Assembly (NCBI GenBank): GCA_003614675.1
Contig: ML002223.1
Location: forward strand, 54,925 to 74,924
Reading direction: 5' to 3'
From: Dimargaris cristalligena
Taxonomy: Eukaryota
Length of the DNA stretch: 20,000 bases
Positions 1-9,587 of this stretch are shown piece by piece; the stretch's first letter is position 1, and every line of letters begins with the position of its first letter. The position numbers and the translations under genes were made by a program. The notes below the pieces were generated by a model that searched no databases, was not told where the DNA came from, and saw nothing but the letters and a program-made list of their open reading frames with translations.

Positions 1-1
1 C

Positions 2-364
2 TCCTCCGCCCCAGTACGTCAGTTCTGTACCGAAATCCGTATGCTACGTCCCTCCGGAAGCCAGGCCGTGACTGCCGTTATGCGGGAAACCCTTCGCCAC
101 CTCCACCAGTTGTCCTACTTGAACCACTGGTCGCTTCTACATAACCAGCCGGACACTGTAGCGGAACCTTCTGCCTCGTTCTCCTCCAAGAGTAGTGGGG
201 GCACCGATGATGGATCAGTTCTGACTTGGGAAGAGGCCTACGGATACGCCGGCGAACGGTTACTGGTGCCGTCGCATTACTGGCGATTCATGCCTCTGCC
301 GATTGTCATGCTGCAGCGTATTCAGTGGCTGTTTGCCCAGTTGGAGTCGTCGGCGTCTGATTGA
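2..364 (+). CDS. 3' end of an unidentified protein-coding gene (partial, begins upstream of the window)
   Basis: The frame is open from base 2 (SSAPVRQFCTEIRMLRP...WEEAYGYAGERLLVPSHYWRFMPLP...SASD*) to TGA at 362-364. It is GC-rich like the neighbouring genes and is followed by an abrupt shift to T-rich, 3'UTR-like sequence. I do not recognise the family. Confidence 0.7.
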   Translation, partial: SSAPVRQFCTEIRMLRPSGSQAVTAVMRETLRHLHQLSYLNHWSLLHNQPDTVAEPSASFSSKSSGGTDDGSVLTWEEAYGYAGERLLVPSHYWRFMPLPIVMLQRIQWLFAQLESSASD

Positions 365-1225
365 TCTCCAATGGTATTAAAACTGGGAGATATGTAAGTG
401 ATGGTTTGTTAAAATAGCCTCGGTCTAATAGGCAGTGCACCACTCTATATTTCATGACCGGATTGATTAGACCTCCCTTTTCTTTTTTCTGTCCTGTTTT
501 TCGCTCAACTTCTCCACCCCCCTATGTTGGTATATATATGTTTTTAAATTATTAATAACCACTAATGTCCATGACCAGTGCTCTATGTCTTTATAATGGC
601 GTTTAGTGCTCTAATGGTGTTTGCTACCGTATATTATAATTTGTGGTTTCTGTCTCCCCCTTCTCTCCCTCGGTTTTGATTGCGCCTCGTGTAATAAATA
701 TTCTCATAATGACATCTCACCCAACCCTTCGCTGGTAAATAACCACCCAGCCAGGGCCCGTTTAAGTAGTAGGTGGCTAGCAACTGCATTCGAAATGGTT
801 TGGTATAAAAGGCATTTAGGTATACCATGTATTAGTGATACCGCGGCTAATATGTTATTGAATAACCATCGCTATTAATGCCCTGGCCAATCTGGTACCC
901 ACCAAAGTAAGAGTTTCCGCTGCCCTTTGTTGTATTTAGCCAGTTAAGCCAGGAAAGTCCTGGGTATAAACTAGACATGCCCATTCCCAAGGTGAGCCGA
1001 GTCGCTGTAGGGTTCGTGGATATAGTAGCATGCACTCAACTATTCTTGTTTGATAGCCTCTTATATTAAAAGCCACTATAGGCAGCCTCCCGTTTGTTTA
1101 CTCTCCTTTTCCCCGCTTCATTCTCCTCTACCTACTCTACCCGTTTCATTTGCTGCCATTTTATTTGCATTACCCTTCCTCTCCCCCTTCTTCTCCTTAC
1201 ATACTCTCATTCGGAATATTCCACC

Positions 1226-2526
1226 ATGTACCAGCAGGACCGCTTCTTGCCCCCCTATAGTTCCGCCGAGGATGTGTGTCCGATTTGCAAGAGCGATCGG
1301 TACCTCAACCCGGGCATGAAACTTCTGGTTCCCCCCTGCTACCATAAGATGTGCGAATCCTGTATCGACCGGCTCTTCTCGTTGGGCCCGGCGCCTTGCC
1401 CCGTGTGCCAGCGAATTCTGCGGAAAACCAATTTCTGGACGCAACGCTTCGAGGACCTGAAAGTGGAACGAGAATTGCAGGTGCGGAAGCGCATCGCCCG
1501 TAACTTTAATAAAAGACCGGGTGACTTTAAGGACGTGCGGCAGTACAACGACTACCTGGAGGAGGTGGAAGATATCAGTAAGTGGATTGAGTTGGATTTC
1601 TTTTAAATTTTATATATAAGCATACATTTAGTTTGCTTTAGTTGGCTCGGTTTGATGTATCGCGGATCTTCTCTCAGTTTAGTTCTAGGTTTTTTGCGCA
1701 ACTGCTCTATCGATAAGCTAAGCTGAGGGTTGCGCAATGGATTCAAACACCTTTAACCTACTTTCTTGGAACTGGAATAAATGGTATTGTTCTGCCTATT
1801 CGCTAACGTCACTCGGTTCTCTATTTGTACGTATTCATCCTCCTTAAACCATGGTCGCTCTACCTAGCCTTCAACCTCGTCAACGGGATCGATGTTGAAG
1901 AAACGGAGGAGCGGATCCAGAAGTTTGCGCTTGAGAATCGGGACAGTATTGCGGCCAATTTAGCGCGGGCCCAGCGCGAAGAGCGAATGTTCAACTACCG
2001 CCTGGAACAAGAGAAGGCCGATAAGGAAGTCCAGCGCCAAATGTATCTACAGCAGCTGGAAAAGGAGGAGCTGGCCCGTACCTCCGAAAAATCGAGCATT
2101 ATTAACCAACTGGCGACCTCGAACCAGGCGGCCCGGGACATTTTAGCTCAGCGGGCCATTACCCTGAAGCGGTCGTCGATGCGGCGGCAGCAGGAAGAAT
2201 CCTCCTCACATTCGTTCCGGTCCCACGACTCGGCCCTCCAGGACCACAGTTGGATGGACCAGGCCCACGACGATGATTTCATGGACGTCGACGGGGAGGA
2301 ATTCTCCCCCTTAGACGACCAGTACGGCCCCGTGGACGGATTCACCCTGCGGACGGACTATTACGACCCCATCTCGAATTCGCTGCAGAATGTGCAGGTA
2401 TTGATATCCGGGGGTTATTCCGCCACTTTCGCACACGAACGGGCCCTCGAGGCGGCCTTTACCGGGCTGACCATCGCCCCCCTAACCGGGCTGTCACCTA
2501 ATCCCGAGGCGGCCGAACCACAGTAG
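1226..2526 (+). CDS. TFB3: CDK-activating kinase assembly factor MAT1 / TFIIH subunit Tfb3; exons 1226-1577 and 1868-2526, 336 aa
   Basis: N-terminal C3HC4 RING (CPICKSDRYLNPGMKLLV...CYHKMCESCIDRLF...CPVC) followed by MAT1 motifs (FEDLKVERELQVRKRI, FNKR..DF...YNDYLEEVEDI). ATG at 1226 lies in a CCACCATG context. The intron 1578-1867 (GTAAGT...GCTAAC at 1802-1807...CCTAG) joins the two ORFs in frame as EDI-T-FNLVNGIDV. AATAAA at 2801-2806. Confidence 0.95.
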
Positions 2527-3329
2527 ATGACGGACTGGCGTGTAATTCCGGCAATGTCCTCTCCATGATTCCCTGCGGGGTATGTATTTTATCTATGTCA
2601 CTATTCAATAATCACCGCACCGGTGTTGTTTCTGTTGTCAGCTGAAATAATTTTATCCGGTTATTACAGATGCCCAGTCGACTGCCCATTACTATCGATT
2701 AGGCTGCCGCTGAGTAGGCTGTAGTTGGTATTTCTTCAGTATTGGAATAGCGTTGGTGTATACGAATTAATTTTGGATACCTTTTCAATCATTTTTAAGC
2801 AATAAAGAGACACAGTAGTTCACCGACTTTTATTTGTTCCCATCAGGTTAACCTATATGATAATATTTGGTCCACGACTAACAATGCCTAGCAGCTTTGG
2901 GATCACTGGCAACCTCGTGATTCTTCTATTATCATACATACATATGGTCGTTCCACAATGACCAAAGGTAATCGATGATTCTAGAGTGTAGTTGGCCCAG
3001 AATACGTAATAGATGTAAAGAGGTGCATCAGTAGGTTTAGTTGTATTGAAGGCCCGGCCACTGTATCATTGGTTCATACTACGCTGGCTGCGTGGGTTTT
3101 ATGTGGATTGACAGTCAATGCACTGCGCCCAACCCGGGCTTGGATTAAAAGTGGGCCCATATAAAGGGTTGTCGGGGTTGAAGTGAGCCCATTTAGCCAT
3201 CCACCGCCCTTCCACTTCGTCCGTCCCATTCCTTCCACATAGTCTTCGTTATTTGTTTCTTCTATAGCCTCGTACCAGGGCCAAGTCCACTCCCATCGCC
3301 CAATCGCAACCCCCTTCACCCGCTTTACC

Positions 3330-5929
3330 ATGTCTTCCTTTCGCCGTTTTCGGGCGGAGCTGAAGTCCACCTCCGCGGGCTTTAACAATGAGTCCGAGAA
3401 CCAAGACCCCAACTATGTTAGCCCCGGGGTATTGCAGTCGGCCCGCGGTTCAGGTAAGTTTATTTTTAGAATTGGGCTGTATTTCATTCGGCGGGACCAA
3501 GGTCCATTAGGCACCATTACGGGTTCGTTGGCCGTCGCGGAACTCCTCTCTCGCGACCTTTGCTTTTGAATTTTCCCCAGCGGTCAATATGCTGTTAACC
3601 TAGACCCACCTGTCGCGTCAACCAAGTCCCATATATTGGCGGATGAATGGCGAGTCGGACCAAAAATAGCCTGCTCGACAAAATGAAGGGCGTTATTAAC
3701 CATCCCGAACTCACCACTGGTTTCTCCGGCGGAATATATGTCTTGCGAATAAATTATCTATCCCACACAGGTCAATTGAATTTATCCAGTCGTGGCCTCA
3801 CCACTATTCCCGAAGGCGTTTACAATATTATGGACCTTAGTGAAAACCCGACTACCAAAAGCTTCAGCCTATCCGGCAATAGTGGCCGCTGGTGGGAGAG
3901 CGTCGACCTTACCCGCCTAGTTATGAGCAATAATGCCATAACCTCCGTGGACGCCCGCATCATTAATCTCGCCGCATTGGCCATGTTGGATCTGAGTCAC
4001 AACCAGCTAACGACTTTGCCTAAGGAAATTGCTGAGCTAAAGGGCCTGCAGACGGTGAACCTGACCGACAATCTCCTAACGGACATCCCCGAGGGTCTCT
4101 TTGCCCTTGACTTGGTGGAACTGCGTATGGCCCGGAATTCACTAACTACTATTCCTGGGGGACATATGGCCACCTGGGCCACTTCGCTGGCCCGTTTGGA
4201 TTTATCTGAAAACCAACTCACCGAACTTCCCGCCGATCTAGGTCAATTAAGTTCTCTGACGAACTTGAATGTAGCCAAGAACAAGCTGGAGGTATTACCT
4301 ACCGACTGGTGGCAATGCGCTCGCCTGCTGGATTTGAATGCCGCCGAGAACCGTTTGCGATGCCTGTTTCTGTTGCCCCCGCAGTCGCTTCCGCCAAAGG
4401 GGTCGATCGATATCCGCCTTGATCGCCTCACTTCGCTTGACCTCCACTCCAACACCATGGTGAGCCCCGTAGGCCTGGGCGTCATTGCATCCGCTGCAGG
4501 AACCGCCCCTTCCACCATGGACCTAACCGGCCTTCGCATCCACATGGGTAATTTAAAGGAGCTTAGCCTGTCCTATAATCGCCTAGTTACCCTGGGCCCT
4601 CTGGTCGACCACTGTCCCGGGCTCTTAACTCTGGACGCCAATGCGAATAAGCTCACCTCCCTCCCCGTCGCCATCTACCGTCTCGGCCACATCAGCCGAC
4701 TGGATATCTCCGCCAACGAATTCAGCCAACTTCCCCTTCGATTGGGTCTATTGGATTCTCTGAAGGTGCTGCTTTTCGCCGGCAACCCCTTTCGAGTGTA
4801 CAGCTTAGGTAACAACACGTCCACCATGTTATCCCGTCTCCGGAATCGCCTTTCCCCCGAGGATATTGCGGGGTCCTTTGAAGATCCCTTGGGGCCTGTC
4901 GAGGTGGCCCTAGTCCCCTGGACACAGGCGGTAGAGAACGAAGCCTCTTCGCCTGACCAACCAATCGGTTCCGCGAATAATGCCCCAGCCGCTGAAATAG
5001 CTCCACCCGAGCCGGCCACTGCCGTCGAGGAGCCCACTCCCCCGGCCGAGCCAACTGCCCCTGAGGTAGAGCCCGAGTCCCTGGCTGTGGCTGTGGCCAG
5101 TAGCACTCCCTTACTCCATGCCGTCATTCAGCCGACTATCCATAAGGGTGATTCCGACGAGCCGTCGACCTCAAGTGCCATTCCCGATAATTTCGAGGAC
5201 CAGCACATTCGACTACTCACCCTCAGGCTCGCGTCGCTGGGCCTGACCCAATTGGCCCCTCAGGATATTGACCGAATTCCTTTCCAGCCCCGCGATGTTC
5301 AACTGGCCCGCAACGCCCTACCGGCTTTTCCTCGCTCTCTGATTGTCTCATACCATAATTCGCTGACTTATTTAGACCTATCGCATAACCGCATCACCAC
5401 TTTCCCCTGGTGGACCGCGGCCGGCCCTGAGGGTGATGCCCACCACCTTCCCCAGCTGCCGTCCCTACGAGTGCTGAACCTGTCCAACAACCGCATTACA
5501 GAATGGCCCGCCCTGGTCCAGGAGCTCCCGCTTGAGGCTAATGGCCAGCCCGGCGTATGTCCCGATCTGATGGTCCCGGTCAACCAACTGCCTTTCCCCA
5601 ATCTACAAGAGCTCGTCCTAGCCGATAATTTGCTCACCAAGACCCCCATCTACCCGGTCCAGTCACTCTTCCCCAAGCTGGATAATCTGAACCTCGACCA
5701 TAACAAGGTTACCAGTATTCCGTTCCCAACTGCTTTCAAAGGACTGCTGCGCCTCAACTTAGCTAATAATGACATTGGCTCCATTCCGGCTACCCTCGGG
5801 CTTAACACCACCCTGCAGACACTGAGCCTCGAGGGAAACTCGTTCCTATTTCCTCGGTTCCAAACGTTACGTCTAGGCACTCTCGCCGTTCTTGAGTATT
5901 TGCGGGACCGTATTCCGCGCTCATCTTAA
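3330..5929 (+). CDS. LRRC40: Leucine-rich repeat protein, LRRC40-like; exons 3330-3453 and 3771-5929, 760 aa
   Basis: Many LxxLxLxxNxL repeats in two blocks separated by a Pro/Ala/Glu linker. Splicing the intron 3454-3770 (GTAAGT...CACAG) gives ARGSGQLNLSSRGL. This motif, the WWESVDLTRL motif and the C-terminus LEGNSF..PR...L..GT.AVLEYLRDRIP match LRRC40-family hallmarks as I recall them. Confidence 0.88.
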
Positions 5930-7520
5930 TTATTGAAGGCCTGTGCCCAGGGTCCTGGATAAGCAGAAAACCAGCCTGGTCATTTCACCAGTACTATTGC
6001 CCACCCACATTGTCGCTATTCACCGGTTTTTATTTTATTGCATATCCCTCTTTTTTTCACTGCTGTTCTCTTGGGCATTGTCATTGTTAGTTTGATTTAG
6101 GCTTTGTATCCCTCGCCCATTTTTGTGGACTATTTACTGCCGCTTGTTGCATCTATAGGTACTTTGCATTTAACTTACTTGCCATCTATTTAGCCAGCGG
6201 GAGCTCACCGGTATTGTAGTTTAACCTAGTTAGTTCAGTCCGGGCGGCCGGGTGGATTTAAAGGCCCATTGGCCTAAAATAAATACATACCACTTGAAAC
6301 TGCCAACTGCAGGTATGTTTTTAAAAATACTGAAATCCATATTGGCGTTGGGTGATAAAATGTAAGCTGATACGCCAAAGTCTTATCTATAGATCCAAGC
6401 TATCAACCAAGCCACCATAGCGCCCGACTTTTCTTGTGGGCACTTCAGCCGTATGCCACTGCTGCGACTCTCCTAGTAATATGGTTAACTTTTCAATTGA
6501 CATGCATACCAGAGGATATATACTCTAATTGTTACATGTAACTGGGTGTCCATGCTCAGCAAGAAATACAGTGCGCCTGATTGCAGCTGGTTGTTTGAAG
6601 GATGTCCACGTTTCCATAGTTACGACTCAAGCAGACTGTTATCTATGAAGTGTAGCCCGACTGACCATTTGATTTACAGTCAATTTGAAATACTTTGAAC
6701 AGCAGCAAACTATTATTGTCACCTATTGATTGTTGTATTAACCGAGCTAACAGGGGTTTATACCGCTCTTCTTAGCTTTAAAAGAACTCGGTGCCCCTGA
6801 GCTAAGCTACGGACGTGGATTGTCACATAGTCTAGGATAGGTTATAGCCGACATGCAATGGCAGCTTCATTCTTGATGAAAATGGAAGTATGCGGTCACT
6901 AATGACGAGTCGTCTACTGCAATTATTATTTTTTTACAGTATTTTTGTAAGCACCTTAACAATATCTTCATCTGTTATTATCTTATTAGAAAATGGTAAA
7001 TAACTTCATCGCCCGGGTATTGTCATCTGCCCTGTCAGAAGGTACAATTTTCCGGGTCAGACATCGTCCAAATGTCGAGTGCAGCCGACGCTGCTGGATC
7101 CCGGAGTGCGGCCGACTGAACGTCTTTTCCATGCCAGCCAAGTCTGCTGTTTCCCTAGTTTTTTTATAGCCGGGAGTTTTGGCCAGCCTGGTAAGACACA
7201 GCTTTTCATTGTATTATTCGTTCTCATCGTGCAGTTGCCCTCTTATCATAAATGCAGGCAGACTTTAGATTATATTATACAGTACTTTCTAGTGAGGGGT
7301 TGTTTATTAACCAGCTGTTATTCAAATGGGTGAAATTCGGCCCAGCTGTATAGGGTTATCAATGATATTGTAACCTAGTGCCGAGTAGGGCAGGATGAAG
7401 GGTGAGGAAAATGGAGCTGAGTGGAGCAGGGTAGATGCGAAATAACTGTAGGCATTTTGGTAAATAATAGTAATTTATTTAAAGACACAGAATCCCAGTC
7501 CGCTGGGTAGGTGGCTAGTT

Positions 7521-7781
7521 TTATCCCTCTGGGGCGGGGTGTAGTTCTTGTGTCGACGGGAGAGGGTCGTCCTCCTCCATTAGGGGGGTAGATTGGACCC
7601 CCATGTATATCAGCGGGTTATCCTCCTGAAGGGGGGTATGGTTGGGTTGGCCGTCCTCCAGATTATTCAGGTCGGAGTTTCCCCTTGGATGCAATATGTG
7701 TATGGGAAAATATTTTTAACCAGCAATATTTGCTCCATCCGACAGATTATTCGTTGTACTGCTCAGTTGAGCCTCTCCCAT
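7521..7781 (-). pseudogene. Possible pseudogene or terminal-exon fragment with one in-frame stop
   Basis: An 87-codon frame runs from ATG 7781 to TAA 7521 with one internal TAA (7718-7716). It has internal peptide repeats (NNLSDG/NNLEDG; TPLQEDNPL/TPLMEEDDPL) and a minus-strand AATAAA at 7479-7474. Confidence 0.25.
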
Positions 7782-8638
7782 GTGTTCATTTCAATGGCGC
7801 AATAAGGATCAGATCCATGATAATTTATTCTCCTAGCTAATAGTCGGGTTCGCTTGTCAGAACCCCATCCATTTCCTAGTCCCCAAAGACGTATCGCTTG
7901 AACCGAATCCTTCGCTGAAATTTTATCCCAATTCTATGCCCAACTTGGCGACTACACTTGGTTGCTGGGTCTCAACTATACAGGTATGGCGTCTGATTGG
8001 GATTTAAGGTTTATTATCACTAAATTATACTTGGGGGATACCGCAGTGGCGAATAAGTCATATGCCAATAGCTGACCCAACAAAAGGCGGAATTGACGTA
8101 GGGATGGTCATATAAAACTGAACAATGCGGGCGGTATAAACATGAATATAGAGGCAATATTTTTGGTAGGATATGTAATATGTATTGTGTGAGTTCGCAT
8201 ACTTTTACTTCACAAAATAATATCAGTTTGTGGATTGTAGGTGTAACTATACTGGATACACACCCGAGGTTCGATATATAGAATAGTCACGATTGTGCCA
8301 ATGGTTTGCTTAAGGTGAGTTGGGCTACAAGAAGAAATCAGCCGATCTGGAAATGAACGCCATTCCTTTTGAACTCCACTAGCCAGTGAGAGGGAACCAT
8401 GCAGTCATTGGAGCCAAGGGGCTAGCCTAAATGGGTAATCTGCCATGATCGTAATGGTCTGTGGTTGGAAATCTGGCATACGGAAAATAGGGGGAGGGGA
8501 TAAAGGCCACCAGTAGCCAATATTTATATCTTACCCGGCCCTACCCCTACCCATGCCCCTCCGATTCATCCCCTCCCCCTCCCACACACTCTTCGCCAGA
8601 TTTCTACGGCACCATTTAAATGAGCCTAGTCAGTAGGA

Positions 8639-9456
8639 TCATTGGGACTGAGCCCCTAGGTCGCCTTTAGTCTGATTTTCTTCGGGTAAGTTGAATTTAC
8701 CCAACAGGATTTGCATTTCGAGCATATCGATTAAGCATATCATGAGCAATTCCTCTAGGTCGGCGGTGGGCTTTCCGGGTAAGAAGAGGCGAAGGCGCCC
8801 CACCAGCTTCCAGTGGAGACCACCCCGGAAGTCCGCCAACATATTTTCCGTGTTTTTCTCGTAACACTGCATCGAGAGGGTCAATGGTCGGCGGTTTTGC
8901 CAAGTGTAGGTCTTGCCTTCCCACTCGAACTGGAAAGTGGGAAAATGGAGGCCCGTGTCTATATTGAGGGTGGCGATCGACTTGGTCCGGGAATTGTAGT
9001 AACGCCGGCGTAGAAAGGCATACTGGAACCAGCACTGTTCCCAAACCGTCGCATCCGTTTTGGCGCTGATAAGACGTTTGCGGGCTCCGAGAAAGTCGGT
9101 ACGCTTTCGGTAGGCTTGGGTGCCGTCGCTATCATAGTAACTCTTGTTCATCGAGCCGTGCTTATCTCGCCACAGGTGAAAGGTTTTGATGACTCGACCC
9201 TCCACTGGAGTAGCATTATCATTTGGGAAAAATATATTGGCCGCAGTCGGAAAGGTGGGGTCTTCAAACACACTGGGGTCTGCGAACAGTTGTAACATAT
9301 ATATATATATATATTAATTAATTAATATTAAAAATTAGCATTGATTTCTAGTGTGAAATTTCATGGATGCCGGTTTCGAAAGGCTGAGTATACCACAATA
9401 CTAAAGATGTATAAATAGCGAGGGCTACTACCAATTACTGATTACTTACCGCTCAT
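8639..9456 (-). CDS. Hypothetical protein, possibly with a tubby/LURP-one/DUF6593-like beta-barrel fold; exons 9456-9450 and 9279-8639, 215 aa
   Basis: A long ORF covers 8639-9298. The minus strand reads ATGAGCG|GTAAGT (donor at 9449), with branch point GCTAAT at 9339-9334 and acceptor TTCGCAG ending at 9280, giving in-frame MSDPSVFEDP. Motifs FQFEWEGKTYTW, LADF, GRLRLF and a terminal hydrophobic helix (LEELLMICLIDML) resemble fungal tubby-like domains; the fold assignment is inference. Confidence 0.8.
9297..9326. repeat. (AT)9 followed by (TAAT)3 microsatellite inside the intron
   Basis: Read directly. It lies between the branch point and the acceptor of intron 9449-9280. Confidence 0.9.
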
Positions 9457-9579
9457 AGTGATTAAAAGTGTTTACAATAGTTGCTTGTGCTGGGAGAAAA
9501 AATATTAAATGTGATAATGGCTAAACACTGCGCATTTAAAGTGAGTGTAAGGGAAATTCCGTCACCGCAGAGACGGTGC

Positions 9580-9587
9580 TATTTATA
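9580..9587 (-). promoter_or_regulatory. TATA box (TATAAATA) upstream of the 215-aa gene
   Basis: Consensus TATAAATA on the minus strand about 125 nt upstream of ATG 9456. Confidence 0.5.

Noticed and set aside
1094..1225. N-terminal extension of the TFB3 ORF in the ORF track
   Set aside because: It starts at TTG in a pyrimidine-rich leader. ATG 1226 has a good context and places the RING near the N-terminus, as in MAT1.
1841..1849. TCCTTAAAC resembling a U12 branch site near the TFB3 acceptor
   Set aside because: It is an imperfect match, the donor is U2-type GTAAGT rather than RTATCCTT, and a U2 branch site GCTAAC is present.
3997..5880. Several antisense ORFs over the LRR gene (and similar ones over TFB3)
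   Set aside because: These are shadow frames expected opposite GC-rich coding sequence, with no independent signals.
8240..8290. GGTTCGA T-loop-like motif at 8268-8274
   Set aside because: No T-stem, A-box or cloverleaf can be built around it.
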